A DNA stretch of 64,000 nucleotides from Bdellovibrio sp. (GCA_036676395.1 JAKFCY010000002.1:2176001-2240000), one strand, 5' to 3'; counted from the stretch's first letter, positions 28,146-38,436 are shown. A program made the numbers and translations. Notes: a model not told the origin generated them from the letters alone.

Positions 28146-28991
28146 ATGAACGATGGCTTTAACCTTCACATTCAAAACCAGTATAATATCAGCACCCTGC
28201 TTAAGGCTGAACTGACCAACTTTACCGGCCAGACAGTTTGTGAAATGCCAGGCCTTGAATATGTGGTACCGTCGAATTTTATTTCTGAAATCCATACCCG
28301 CGGAAACACCATCAAGCCATCGCACAATAAGGTTTTACTGTTTAATGGAACCGAAAGACATACCGAAACTTATCAACAAGTCACTGGGCAAATTCAATCT
28401 GTCGTAATCGCTAAAGATTATTTAAATAAACTGTGTGAACCATTGGGCGTCAATGCTGCTGAAATTCTTTTTGATCCGATCGAACTAGAACAAGGCCAAG
28501 AAATTTCAATGTTAATGAAAAAGATCATTCATTTTTCTAACCCTGCATCTTTAGGAAGTTCATTAACCATTGACTGTCTAGCGACCGAATTAGCCCTTTT
28601 GACGCTGACTCGTTACCAACATAGTGATTCGCTGAAAATTAGCCGCGGCATTGATTCTGGGCATTTTCCGGATTCAATCGATAAAATGAAGCGCGTGATT
28701 AATAACCATGTAGGCGATGTTGAATTTAGCTTAGATAAATTATCAAAAGCAGTTGGCCTTAGCAAATTTCATATGGTGCGCGTATTTCGTAATGCTATTG
28801 GCGTGTCTCCGGCAAAATACCTAGCGCGTATAAAAATTGATTTAGCTAAAGAGCTTTTAAGTTCTACTAATAATACAATTATTTCTATTTCTACTGAACT
28901 TGGCTTTGATCATCTTTCAACTTTTAATAAATCGTTTAAAGCTAATACTGGCTTATCGCCAAGTCAGTTTCGCGCTAATCACAATGCTTAA
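28146..28991 (+). CDS. AraC family regulator
   Basis: LSKFHMVRVFR...GFDHLSTFNKSFK..TGLSPSQFR; start uncertain (28038-28146). Confidence 0.88.
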   Translation: MNDGFNLHIQNQYNISTLLKAELTNFTGQTVCEMPGLEYVVPSNFISEIHTRGNTIKPSHNKVLLFNGTERHTETYQQVTGQIQSVVIAKDYLNKLCEPLGVNAAEILFDPIELEQGQEISMLMKKIIHFSNPASLGSSLTIDCLATELALLTLTRYQHSDSLKISRGIDSGHFPDSIDKMKRVINNHVGDVEFSLDKLSKAVGLSKFHMVRVFRNAIGVSPAKYLARIKIDLAKELLSSTNNTIISISTELGFDHLSTFNKSFKANTGLSPSQFRANHNA

Positions 28992-30144
28992 AAAAATATT
29001 TTTCTATTTCGGCTTATTTTTCACTTTTTCTTCAAAAACTTTAGCTGAAGCTGTAACGATACCCTTTGAATTCGTCGACAATCGAATTTTTGTCTCAATC
29101 AAAATCAATGGCCAAGGCCCGTTTGTCATGGTGTTAGATACAGGGGCTTCAAATATCTTAGATGCGCAAACTGCCGCAAAATTAAATATATCAACTTACG
29201 ATTCATTTAACATCACCGGTGGTGGCGAATTTACGGCAACGGCTTCTTACGGCGATATTCAGCATATGGATATTGCAGGGCTAAAATTTTTAAATCAGAA
29301 ATTTTTAATCGTTGATCTTTCTGGTATGAAAAAAGCCATTGGTTTTAAAAATTTCGATGGCCTGATCGGTTACGAAGTTTTTATGCGTTATGTGGCCGAA
29401 GTTAATTTTGACAAACAGCAAGTAACTTTCACTTCGCATAATCAGTTTAATACAAAGCCTTCGGGTGAAATTATCCCGTTTGTTGGTTTTGATGGTGGTA
29501 TTCCTTTAGTTGAAGCTTCAATTGATGGTGTGCGCGGTAAATTCTGGCTAGACACCGGTGATCGCGCCGCAATGACTTTAACGACTCCGTTTATTCACGC
29601 TAATAATTTAAAAGCCATTTACAAACCCTCATTTGAACTGATCACCGGCTGGGGCATCGCTGGCCCGCTGCACACTCAAATTATTCGCGCTGGCCAAGTT
29701 ACTTTCGGCAATGAAACCTTTATCCGTCCCGTGCTGCGTCTGCCCACCGCTACGAAGGGTGGGATGACGGCAACGACATCAAATGGAACATTCGGCAATG
29801 AACTGCTAAAGCGGTTTAATTTAACGATTAACTATCTAAAGCAGCACATCGTGCTGAATAGAAATTCTTTTTATTCGAACACGCATGAATTCGACCGTAG
29901 CGGTATGTGGCTTATGCTGGATGGCGCAAACTTTAAGGTGCTCGATGTTTTTAGCGGAAGCCCTGCAGATAAAGCTGGCGTTCGCACCGGAGATCTCGTC
30001 ACCGCAGTTGACCAGAAACCCACTGTGACTTTATTTTTACCTACAGTTCGCGAGCACTTATCGAACCCGCAAACTAAGTCTGTCACAGTGAGCATCGAAT
30101 CACGTAAGGTAGTTATTCTTTTAGAAAACCTCTTACAGGAATAA
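28984..30144 (+). CDS. Secreted double retropepsin-like aspartyl protease with PDZ domain
   Basis: Two LDTG motifs; SPADKAGVRTGD PDZ; signal peptide from ATG 28984. Confidence 0.85.
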   Translation: MLKKIFFYFGLFFTFSSKTLAEAVTIPFEFVDNRIFVSIKINGQGPFVMVLDTGASNILDAQTAAKLNISTYDSFNITGGGEFTATASYGDIQHMDIAGLKFLNQKFLIVDLSGMKKAIGFKNFDGLIGYEVFMRYVAEVNFDKQQVTFTSHNQFNTKPSGEIIPFVGFDGGIPLVEASIDGVRGKFWLDTGDRAAMTLTTPFIHANNLKAIYKPSFELITGWGIAGPLHTQIIRAGQVTFGNETFIRPVLRLPTATKGGMTATTSNGTFGNELLKRFNLTINYLKQHIVLNRNSFYSNTHEFDRSGMWLMLDGANFKVLDVFSGSPADKAGVRTGDLVTAVDQKPTVTLFLPTVREHLSNPQTKSVTVSIESRKVVILLENLLQE

Positions 30145-30154
30145 GCAAATTAAC

Positions 30155-30853
30155 TTAACCTAGATCAAACAATAAAAATTCAGAATCAGCACCAGCTTTA
30201 AATTGGATAGCTTCTGCGTTTTCAAATTTCAGTGCATCCCCGGCTTTTACCGTCGCACCATTCACTGTTAAATCACCCTTAACCACTTGAATCCAGGCGC
30301 CGCGTGTTTCACGAAGTTTGAAATCTAAATCATCTCCTGCTTTTAAGCGCGAGATATATAAATCAGCGTCTTGATTAATACTGATCGAACCATCTCGGCC
30401 ATCTTGTGAAATCACGTGAACTAATTTTTGAGTGTTGAGTTCGGTTTCAAAAGATTTTTGCCCGTAACCAGGAGCACTGCCTTTAGCTTTTGGTAAAATC
30501 CAGATCTGAAAAAAGTGAGTCTCATCGGTTGGGTTTGCATTGTATTCAGAATGCACCACCCCCGTGCCTGCGGTCATACGCTGTACTTCGTTCGGGCGAA
30601 TCACCGTTTTATTACCCATCGAATCTTCATGTTGCAAACCACCACTGATGACATAAGAAATAATTTCGACATCACGATGCGGATGCGCCCCAAAGCCTGT
30701 ACCACCTTCGATGCGATCTTCGTTAATCACCCGAAGCGAACGAAAGCCCATTTGTTTAGGGTCATAGTATTCGGCAAATGAAAAAGTGTGAAGTGACTTA
30801 AGCCAGCCATGGTTTGCAAGACCGCGGTCTGCGGATTTTCTGATTTCTAACAT
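30155..30853 (-). CDS. Pirin family protein (YhhW-like)
   Basis: HTFSFAEYYDP, HPHRDVEI, GVVHSEYN, FQIWI. Confidence 0.93.
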   Translation of the reverse strand: MLEIRKSADRGLANHGWLKSLHTFSFAEYYDPKQMGFRSLRVINEDRIEGGTGFGAHPHRDVEIISYVISGGLQHEDSMGNKTVIRPNEVQRMTAGTGVVHSEYNANPTDETHFFQIWILPKAKGSAPGYGQKSFETELNTQKLVHVISQDGRDGSISINQDADLYISRLKAGDDLDFKLRETRGAWIQVVKGDLTVNGATVKAGDALKFENAEAIQFKAGADSEFLLFDLG

Positions 30854-30953
30854 AATAGGCCTCCTTGATATAAAGTACTTTACGGTATTTTTGATTAGCT
30901 GAATAGACGGTTTAATCTAGATTTATTGTTCACTGTATTGTACAATCACCTGC

Positions 30954-31853
30954 ATGGATTTAAATGAAATTGCAATATTCGTCAAAGTCGTAGAATGCGG
31001 AAGCTTCGCTAAAGCTTCATTACAACTAAACATGCCTAAATCAACTGTCAGTACAAAAGTCTCTGCTTTAGAAAAGCGCTTAGGTGTAACCCTTATTCGC
31101 AGAACGACGCGAAAGCTTTTTGTCACTGATGCTGGCCTTGCCTATCACAAACAGTGTTTGCAAGCCTTAAACCAAATTACAATGGCCGATGAGCAAGTGA
31201 CGCAAACTCAAAGTACACCACAGGGACGACTTCGCATCACCGCCCCGGTTGAATTAGGTGGAGCGCTTTTACCTGCGGTGATTGAACAATTTCAAAAAAT
31301 GTATCCGGCTGTGCAGCTTGAAATTATTTTATCTGATCGAACTGTTGACTTGGTCGCAGACGGAATTGATCTGGCCATCCGCGCTGGAGATTTGAAAGAT
31401 TCAAGCTTGATCGCCAAAAAGATCGGCTCTGTCTATTTTGCCCCTTTCGCATCGCCCAAATATATTAAATCTTACGGTGAACCAAAAACCCCAAAAGACT
31501 TACAAAACCACCATTGTGTGCAGTTTACTCCGCTTGGCACTGAAAGCTGGAAATTAAATAGCTCTAAAGGCAGCCAGACTGTCACCATGACTAAAAGTCT
31601 GATGATGAATGATTTAAATTTAGTTAAATCATTGGTCGTAAGCGGATTAGGCGTAGCGCTCATGCCGACTTTTTATTGTTATGCTGAAACTGGTAATAAA
31701 AAACTAGTGCGCATTCTGGATGACTGGAAAAGCGAATCAAGACCTGTGCATTTTGTGTATCCGCACCAAGCCTTTGTGTCTAAAAAGCTAAGTGCTTTTT
31801 TACAAGTAGCTACCGGAATTATGCGCGAGAGCCTTGAGACTTATAATTTCTAA
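30954..31853 (+). CDS. LysR family regulator
   Basis: GSFAKAS...LEKRLGVTLIRRTTR. Confidence 0.93.
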   Translation: MDLNEIAIFVKVVECGSFAKASLQLNMPKSTVSTKVSALEKRLGVTLIRRTTRKLFVTDAGLAYHKQCLQALNQITMADEQVTQTQSTPQGRLRITAPVELGGALLPAVIEQFQKMYPAVQLEIILSDRTVDLVADGIDLAIRAGDLKDSSLIAKKIGSVYFAPFASPKYIKSYGEPKTPKDLQNHHCVQFTPLGTESWKLNSSKGSQTVTMTKSLMMNDLNLVKSLVVSGLGVALMPTFYCYAETGNKKLVRILDDWKSESRPVHFVYPHQAFVSKKLSAFLQVATGIMRESLETYNF

Positions 31854-32457
31854 TCGAGAAGTCGTAATAATACAGTTTATTTTCGGAAAGACCGCGGGCT
31901 ATTAACGATAAAGCTCCGCTTTCAGAAAATCTTAACGTGAAAACTAAAAACTGAAATAACATCTTTGGCAAAACCCAGCCTTTGGTTTCACGCAAGCGAT
32001 GATTTAATCTATAAAGATCGAACTTTTGTTTAAATAAACCCATCGAGCTCAGCGAAAACAACAACGGATAAATTAACAGCACCGGAAATTTATTTTGCTG
32101 GGCTAAATATAATAAAATCACTTCACCATGAATCACAGCCAGCGAACTTACCGACAACGTCGATACAAAAAAAAGTCTGATAAATACCGAAGCTTCAAAG
32201 GCACGTTCTGGATTTGGAAATAGCAGCACCATCAACAGATAAATTGCCGTAAAGGCTAACGTGTAGAGTGAAATCTTAGCTAGCTGCAACAGCGAAAGCC
32301 CCAAATATAAAAAATAAGCGATCGCTCCTACAAATAGTCCACTCATTACCATGGGCTGACTAAAAATAAACAAACTTACTAAAACTAAAAATAAAATTAG
32401 TGCGCTTACCGCCGAATGTACTTTTTCTGGATAAATCAGACGATAATCAAGCTTCAT
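31819..32457 (-). CDS. ECF transporter T component (YkoC-like)
   Basis: Hydrophobic, ARG motif; operonic with ECF A and S genes. Confidence 0.7.
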   Translation of the reverse strand: MKLDYRLIYPEKVHSAVSALILFLVLVSLFIFSQPMVMSGLFVGAIAYFLYLGLSLLQLAKISLYTLAFTAIYLLMVLLFPNPERAFEASVFIRLFFVSTLSVSSLAVIHGEVILLYLAQQNKFPVLLIYPLLFSLSSMGLFKQKFDLYRLNHRLRETKGWVLPKMLFQFLVFTLRFSESGALSLIARGLSENKLYYYDFSIRNYKSQGSRA

Positions 32458-33739
32458 AAAGCTTCCCGTCTTTTAAAGTGAATACACGATCAGCGATGGC
32501 GCTAATAAAGGCGTCATCATGGCTTACTACAATCTGCAAAATATTTTTTTCGCGAAACTTTAACAAACTCTCAGCCACTGAAAATTTATTCTTTTCATCT
32601 AAGCCAAACGTAGGCTCGTCATAAAGTATAACTTTTTTATTCGGATTTAAATGCACTAATAGCGAAAGGCGTCTTTTTTCGCCTTCAGATAATGAAAATG
32701 GCGACACATTTAAATTTTTATCCTGAAAAAATATATTTACTAAATCTTTATCAGTTTCCTGTAATTCCTCTTTGGCCGTATCACAAATAAAATTATCTTC
32801 AGGATTTTGCATCACATAACCGACGTGAGTGGCTTTTAATGTGCCCACTATTAATTTTAATAACGTACTTTTTCCAGAGCCGTTCTCACCTGTGATGGCA
32901 ATGATTTCAGGAGCCTTAACCGATAAAGAAATATCACTTAGTATAGGCTCATTTTTTTTATACGCAAAACTCACCTGATTTAAATTGATTTGATAACCCT
33001 CAGAAATAATCGAACCTGGATAACTTTGTTTAAGTTTTGAAAAATCGAGTGCATCGATGGTAAATCGATCTTGATGCGAAATCCTACCCTGCTGATCAAC
33101 AACTATAAAACTATCCACAAGAGGCTTAACCTCATTAATATGATGATCCACCAACAAAACTAAATACTTTTCTTTCAGCTCAGCAAGCATGACGTAAAAC
33201 AATTCTCGCGCTGGCTTATCCATAAAAGCCGTGGGCTCATCTAGCAGCAACACTTTGGGATTTGTTACAAGCAATGAGCCTAGTAACAACCGCTGCGCCT
33301 GCCCCAGAGACAACTCCGAAGTCTTTTTGTTCCACATCTTAGAAAGCCCGAAAGTGTGTTCGATCGAAGTTTTATGTTGCACAAATTGTTCATAAGAAAT
33401 TTTCTGACTTTCAGCGGTGAAGCAAAATTCCAACTGCGAATTTTGATAAATTATCTGATGAAAGGGATTTTGAAATAGATAAACTATTTCATTTTGTTTT
33501 TTATGAACAAAATATTTATCCACTATTTCATTGTTATACTGAATCTGACCAGTAAACTTACCTGGTGTATAATGCGGGCACAAACCTTTAATTAAACTCA
33601 GCAACGTGCTCTTACCTGAACCCGAAGGACCCGTCAGCAAATGCAATCCCTTTTCAGGCAATGCCAAAGGTGTGGCCAAAGCAAGCGTTGCCTCAACCGC
33701 ACCTGGATAGAAAAATTCAAAAGGCGAAATATTTAACAC
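32447..33739 (-). CDS. ECF double ATPase (YkoD-like)
   Basis: Two Walker A motifs (GPSGSGKS, GENGSGKS) and two DEPT motifs. Confidence 0.88.
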   Translation of the reverse strand: MLNISPFEFFYPGAVEATLALATPLALPEKGLHLLTGPSGSGKSTLLSLIKGLCPHYTPGKFTGQIQYNNEIVDKYFVHKKQNEIVYLFQNPFHQIIYQNSQLEFCFTAESQKISYEQFVQHKTSIEHTFGLSKMWNKKTSELSLGQAQRLLLGSLLVTNPKVLLLDEPTAFMDKPARELFYVMLAELKEKYLVLLVDHHINEVKPLVDSFIVVDQQGRISHQDRFTIDALDFSKLKQSYPGSIISEGYQINLNQVSFAYKKNEPILSDISLSVKAPEIIAITGENGSGKSTLLKLIVGTLKATHVGYVMQNPEDNFICDTAKEELQETDKDLVNIFFQDKNLNVSPFSLSEGEKRRLSLLVHLNPNKKVILYDEPTFGLDEKNKFSVAESLLKFREKNILQIVVSHDDAFISAIADRVFTLKDGKLYEA

Positions 33740-34353
33740 TAAACTGACTGAGTTAAAAAGCGATTTAATAAATTAAGTTTTTTTAACCGCTCAACTAGAA
33801 TACAACTTAAAACACCTGCTAACATCGCCGACGACACCACAAAAGATAAATACTGTGTTAACTGTAATTGAGTCGCCATTTGGCTATAACCATAATAGAA
33901 AAAATCTAAAATAAAACTAGCAGTGGCAGACATCATCGCAGCAATAACGGCTATGGTTAAATTCCATTTGCGGTAACCCGTGGCCGCAAAAACCATTTCA
34001 GCACCCAAACCCTGAACCAATCCCCACACTAAAGCCATCGCGCCCCAGTGAGTAATTACGCCTTCTACTCCGGCTGCAATCACTGAGGCAATAATCGCTA
34101 CAAACGGCCGGCGCACGATCATCGGTGTAAACACTGAAGCAAAAATCCAAAATCCCGCAGCTAAATAATTTAAGCCAACTAGTTTTAGCGCAGGTTTTGT
34201 GATTTCATAAGCGAAAGTCCACCCCCAGAAAGCCACACCTAAGGCCACGGATGAAACGCAAATAAAAACCATCTCAAAGATCGTGTAGTTTTTTAAAAGT
34301 TGTTGGATTGTTGATTGGGTGCGCGTATCACGCACGTGTGACGTCGTAGTCAT
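33739..34353 (-). CDS. ECF S component (YkoE-like; thiamine or precursor uptake)
   Basis: GFW..IVRRP...GLVQGLGAEMVFA..GYRKW; under a TPP riboswitch; start ATG 34353. Confidence 0.85.
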   Translation of the reverse strand: MTTTSHVRDTRTQSTIQQLLKNYTIFEMVFICVSSVALGVAFWGWTFAYEITKPALKLVGLNYLAAGFWIFASVFTPMIVRRPFVAIIASVIAAGVEGVITHWGAMALVWGLVQGLGAEMVFAATGYRKWNLTIAVIAAMMSATASFILDFFYYGYSQMATQLQLTQYLSFVVSSAMLAGVLSCILVERLKKLNLLNRFLTQSV

Positions 34354-34357
34354 TGTA

Positions 34358-34445
34358 TCTTCCCTTCGCAAGCATTATCTTGACAGGTTCATAGGGTGTA
34401 TTCTCAGGCGGCAAAAGAAATTATTTGCAACCACCCCTAGTATTT
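34358..34445 (-). ncRNA. TPP riboswitch
   Basis: Reverse strand: ggggtg...CTGAGAatacaCCCtatGAACCTGtcaagaTAATGCttgCGaAGGGA. Confidence 0.92.
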
Positions 34446-34507
34446 TTGATACAGTTAACAGAAGTTATTCTTAGACACAAGACGTTTTTTAATAAAGGAT
34501 TAACCCC

Positions 34508-35110
34508 ATGCCCAAAGCTATTATCGTAGGCCCATGTAGCGAACCGAAAAATCGTAAACTAAGCTATGATCGCGACACCTTGATAATCTTTGTTGATGGT
34601 GGCCTTAAATACCGCAAATCACAGTTTAAAAAAGCTCTTCACTGGATGAGCATCGGGGATCAAGATTCGGGACAGCATAGCCCCAAGATAAAACTTAAAA
34701 AAAATAAAAATGAATCTGATCTTTATCACGCCTTAAAACTTTTACCGAAAAACATTCACTGGGTTGAAACTTACGGGCTATTTCCAAAAATTAAAGATGA
34801 AAAACGACTGGATCACCGACTTTTTAATTTAGGTGAAATCTACCGCGCAAGCCAAAAAACCGGTTTAACATTTGTGTTAAATGATTTTGAAATCCTGTTA
34901 GCTGCCGGAGACCATGAACTTGATTTTTCAGGAGAGTTTTCTTTAGTCACTTTTGTAAAAACAAAAATTAAACTTACCGGCAAAGTGAAATACCCGCTTA
35001 GAACACCAACTACGATTGACCTCTTATCTTCACGCACATTATCAAATGTGGGCTCAGGCGTAATAAAAGTAAAATGTGAACATCCAGTTCTACTTTGCAA
35101 TATTGACTAA
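34508..35110 (+). CDS. Thiamine pyrophosphokinase (ThiN-like)
   Basis: VDGG, GDQDS, KNESDL, RLDH, C-terminal RTLSN. Confidence 0.75.
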   Translation: MPKAIIVGPCSEPKNRKLSYDRDTLIIFVDGGLKYRKSQFKKALHWMSIGDQDSGQHSPKIKLKKNKNESDLYHALKLLPKNIHWVETYGLFPKIKDEKRLDHRLFNLGEIYRASQKTGLTFVLNDFEILLAAGDHELDFSGEFSLVTFVKTKIKLTGKVKYPLRTPTTIDLLSSRTLSNVGSGVIKVKCEHPVLLCNID

Positions 35111-35136
35111 CTTTGTAATTCGGCTAGGCTAAAAGT

Positions 35137-35463
35137 ATGAAAAAATTAATCCTAGCAACTTTTTTATTATTAGTTACGCAAACTGCATCATCGACAACTC
35201 TAACTTGCGTTGAAAAAATGGCCAACGCCATTACGCAAAAAATAACTGTCGATTTAGATCTTGGCCAACGGGTTTCATTATTTTCTGGCGATGGCAATTC
35301 AAGCTACATCACAGAAAAAAAATCTGGTTTTTTCTCGATGGAGCTTTTCATGGGAAACCGCGAACAGCGTCTTTATTCTGAAGGCCCGATCAGCGAGGCT
35401 ACTCCATTAATTCTTGCAATCTGGACACGCGATGAATTAATCGAAATCGAATGTTCTAAATAA
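35137..35463 (+). CDS. Secreted hypothetical protein
   Basis: Signal peptide; one Cys near each end. Confidence 0.55.
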   Translation: MKKLILATFLLLVTQTASSTTLTCVEKMANAITQKITVDLDLGQRVSLFSGDGNSSYITEKKSGFFSMELFMGNREQRLYSEGPISEATPLILAIWTRDELIEIECSK

Positions 35464-36020
35464 GCTTCGCTAATGACATCATAAGCTGTTTTTAAATATA
35501 AAGCAGCGATAGCAAACCCGATGATCACATCGGGCATTCCTGATCCTGTTAAAGCCACTAAACCGGCAGAGATTAACACGCCGATATTTGCAAAAATATC
35601 GTTGCGTGAACACAACCAGGTCGAACGCATGTTGATATCGGTTTCACGGTATTTAAATAAAAACAGCATGCAAATCGCATTGGCGAACAAAGCCATAAGC
35701 CCAATACCTGTCACTGTTAATGAAAATGGAACTGTTCCAGAGATTGCGCGATACACGGCTTGGCCTAAAACAAAAAAACCAAACATTGCCATCACTAAAC
35801 CTTTAAAAAAACCGGCACGCACATTCCACAAAGGCCCTTGAGTCAGCGCATACCAACTGATCCCGTAGATTGCGGCATCGCCCAATAAATCTAATGAATC
35901 GGCCATTAGCGCCGTTGATTTAGAATAATAACCACAGATAAATTCGATAAAAAAAACCGAATAATTGATCCACATCACTTGTTTAAGAATTTTTGCGGTT
36001 TCATATTTAGCTGCTTGCAT
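35373..36020 (-). CDS. Cation diffusion facilitator-like transporter
   Basis: STALMADSLD..GD, NMRSTWLCSRND. Confidence 0.85.
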   Translation of the reverse strand: MQAAKYETAKILKQVMWINYSVFFIEFICGYYSKSTALMADSLDLLGDAAIYGISWYALTQGPLWNVRAGFFKGLVMAMFGFFVLGQAVYRAISGTVPFSLTVTGIGLMALFANAICMLFLFKYRETDINMRSTWLCSRNDIFANIGVLISAGLVALTGSGMPDVIIGFAIAALYLKTAYDVISEAYLEHSISINSSRVQIARINGVASLIGPSE

Positions 36021-36124
36021 AGCGAGTAAAACCCTATGTCACAAGCAAAAGTAAAGTCATGATTGGAATAATATTTCCAGCCAATTGAAAACTAGGTGCA
36101 AGCCAAATGTTCACCTAAAAAAAC

Positions 36125-36157
36125 ACCGATAGTCCAAGGCCCCTCATGACTATCGGT
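36125..36157 (-). terminator. Terminator after the csbD-like gene
   Basis: accgatagtc...gactatcggt followed by a T-tract on the minus strand. Confidence 0.55.
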
Positions 36158-36178
36158 ATCATTAAGTTTAAACAATTC

Positions 36179-36439
36179 TTAATTCAAGCGATCACGCTCA
36201 TTGGATTCACGTAATTTATCTTTAGCGTCTTCAGCCGTGTTTTCAAACTTACTGTAAACTCTATTTAATCTTTCTGAAGCTTGCTCTTTAGTTAAACCGA
36301 ATTTTTGCTGGATCAATCCAGAGATGGATTCCATGTTACCTTTTGTTTGTTCGATTTCATCATCTGTTAAATTACCCCAGGCTTTTCTGATTTCGCCTTT
36401 AATTTCTTTCCATTTTCCGGCTATTTGAGATTGGTTCAT
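36179..36439 (-). CDS. CsbD/YjbJ family stress protein
   Basis: IAGKWKEIKGEIRKAWGNLTDD...GLIQQKFG. Confidence 0.9.
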   Translation of the reverse strand: MNQSQIAGKWKEIKGEIRKAWGNLTDDEIEQTKGNMESISGLIQQKFGLTKEQASERLNRVYSKFENTAEDAKDKLRESNERDRLN

Positions 36440-36457
36440 AAAATACTCCTCTTGTTG

Positions 36458-37063
36458 TTAAAAACTTATCGGAAAACTTACACTGGCCACTAAGCCAGAT
36501 TCAGTTAACTCGATACTGTCTTGTGCATTTACATTGTTAAAAGGTCCTACCTGCTCTAATTCGGTCGATTTGTATTTCACATCTTGATATTCAATATTCA
36601 CACTAAACATCGCCACGTGAATACCGGCCCCGAGCCGATAACCTTGGGCTTTGGTAAACTTTAAATCTACGCTTTGATCTTCTTTAGGATCTAGATTTCC
36701 GTCGACAATATATGATCCCCACAGACGCAAACCCGCAATCGGCATTTGTAAGCCCAACACCACACCGTAATTTTGGGCTTTTGCGTCAGCTTCAAAGTTA
36801 CTGTCTTGATATTTCGGCTGAGAATATCGCAGATCGGCTGCCAGAAAAACTGTGTCTAACACATGCCCTCCGGCGCGAAGCCCCAAGCCCGTGCCTTTAA
36901 TCTCGCCTGATGAATCACTTAAAAAAGTATTCGGATATTCGATATCTGCTTTCATATTTTGATAAGTAATCATCGGTTCAAGAAAAAATCCACTTTGGGC
37001 ATGTATTGTCGGAGTTAAAAAAAATCCTCCTAAAAAAATCATAAATGTTAAAAAATGTTTCAT
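36458..37063 (-). CDS. Outer membrane beta-barrel protein
   Basis: Signal peptide, alternating beta pattern, C-terminal Phe. Confidence 0.75.
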   Translation of the reverse strand: MKHFLTFMIFLGGFFLTPTIHAQSGFFLEPMITYQNMKADIEYPNTFLSDSSGEIKGTGLGLRAGGHVLDTVFLAADLRYSQPKYQDSNFEADAKAQNYGVVLGLQMPIAGLRLWGSYIVDGNLDPKEDQSVDLKFTKAQGYRLGAGIHVAMFSVNIEYQDVKYKSTELEQVGPFNNVNAQDSIELTESGLVASVSFPISF

Positions 37064-37097
37064 ATAAACCTCGATGAATAATTCTGTTTATGACAAA

Positions 37098-37113
37098 AGC
37101 AACCATCACGCCA
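37098..37113 (-). promoter_or_regulatory. sigma54 -24/-12 promoter
   Basis: TGGCGTGATGGTTGCT on the minus strand. Confidence 0.65.
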
Positions 37114-37187
37114 TAATGATAAAGCTTTAAAGCGCTATAGAATAATTTGAAATTTAAGTTTTGGGGTATATTAGAACGTAAACAAGG

Positions 37188-37907
37188 TTAAGCTTTTGAA
37201 CGTTTGGCTTTGATCTTTTTTAATTCGTCATAGATCTCGGTGTAGTTTTTTATCACCTTGTGATAGTAAGGATGCGCTGATACATCTTCTGCCGGTGTGC
37301 GCGCTAGCTTTCCAATTCCCATATTATAGGCGTTCACATAACGATTTGATTTTGAGTTTAAAGTCTTTTTTAAATATTTAAAATACAGCGCGCTGATTTT
37401 TACGTTATATTCAGGGTTTTTTAAAGCTTGCGCACCTTTCCATTTAACGCCTTTTTTCTTACAAATCCATGCAGCGGTATCTGGTTTAATTTGCATCAGA
37501 CCAATCTCGCCGGCAGTGCCAATGGCTTTTTCGTTAAACTGACTTTCGGTTTTAATCACGGCCATTAAAAAAATAGGATCATATTCGTATTGTTTACTTT
37601 CAGCGATCACGGCTTTTATAAAACGATCAGAACTTAATTTCGGGTTAGCGGCTTGCAGATAGGATTTCATATACACGGCAAATTCTTTATCGCCAGAAAA
37701 CTCTTTAAAGTTAGCTGCATTGTATTTTGATTTTAATAATTCTTTAGCATGCTTTTCGCGAATTTTTTCTGAGATCTGCATATCTGGATCTATAGCCTTG
37801 TGGTTACAGCTCACAGAAAAGTTAGAACAGTAAATAACTAAAAGTAAAGAAAGTAATTTCTTTGAGTTTCTTAAAATAAAGCAATGCCTGATTTTTGTAA
37901 AATCCAT
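37188..37907 (-). CDS. Lytic transglycosylase (SLT domain)
   Basis: AVIKTESQF, GLMQI, AYNMG. Confidence 0.9.
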   Translation of the reverse strand: MDFTKIRHCFILRNSKKLLSLLLVIYCSNFSVSCNHKAIDPDMQISEKIREKHAKELLKSKYNAANFKEFSGDKEFAVYMKSYLQAANPKLSSDRFIKAVIAESKQYEYDPIFLMAVIKTESQFNEKAIGTAGEIGLMQIKPDTAAWICKKKGVKWKGAQALKNPEYNVKISALYFKYLKKTLNSKSNRYVNAYNMGIGKLARTPAEDVSAHPYYHKVIKNYTEIYDELKKIKAKRSKA

Positions 37908-38017
37908 AGTAGAAATAGGTTCAATTTGAAGACCAAAACACCCCTCTTTGTAACCTGTGGTAATGACAGGGTTCTTAGAATGAGATTTCTATATTGCAGC
38001 TGAAAAAGCCTACGTAA

Positions 38018-38049
38018 TATCAGTGTCTAAAAGTTTTTAGACACTGATA
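38018..38049. repeat. Perfect 15-bp inverted repeat
   Basis: tatcagtgtctaaaa-gt-ttttagacactgata. Confidence 0.8.
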
Positions 38050-38215
38050 AAAAGTTCGTCATTCACAGTGAAACGAATAATTTTTCGTCAAGAATTTGTG
38101 TATTTTTTGAAAGTTAGAACTGCGCTTCAAAATAGAGCGACCGGGGCACATTGCCCAGCAACACCTATGCCCCAATTTTGCATCTCATAAATACTCTAGT
38201 GTAAGGGAGGCTTTT

Positions 38216-38425
38216 ATGCGCCATTCATCAACCTACGGCAATCTTCGAAAAGAACGCAAATTCGCGCGCCAATTGTATTTCGGGATTGTGTTAACCGTAC
38301 TTGCGGCGATGGTCTTAGTGTATGTCGTAAGCCAAATGAAAGCGCTCTATCCTTACTTACCCGGCACAACTCCAGCCAACGTAGAAGAAACCCAACCAGC
38401 TCGACCAATGGAACCTACTCAATAA
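38216..38425 (+). CDS. Small single-TM protein
   Basis: GGAGG RBS; one hydrophobic helix. Confidence 0.6.
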   Translation: MRHSSTYGNLRKERKFARQLYFGIVLTVLAAMVLVYVVSQMKALYPYLPGTTPANVEETQPARPMEPTQ

Positions 38426-38436
38426 GCGGAGCCAAT

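Noticed and set aside
38168..38183. Possible sigma54 promoter before the S8 protease unit (ATGCCCCAATTTTGCA)
   Set aside because: Lacks the invariant -24 GG
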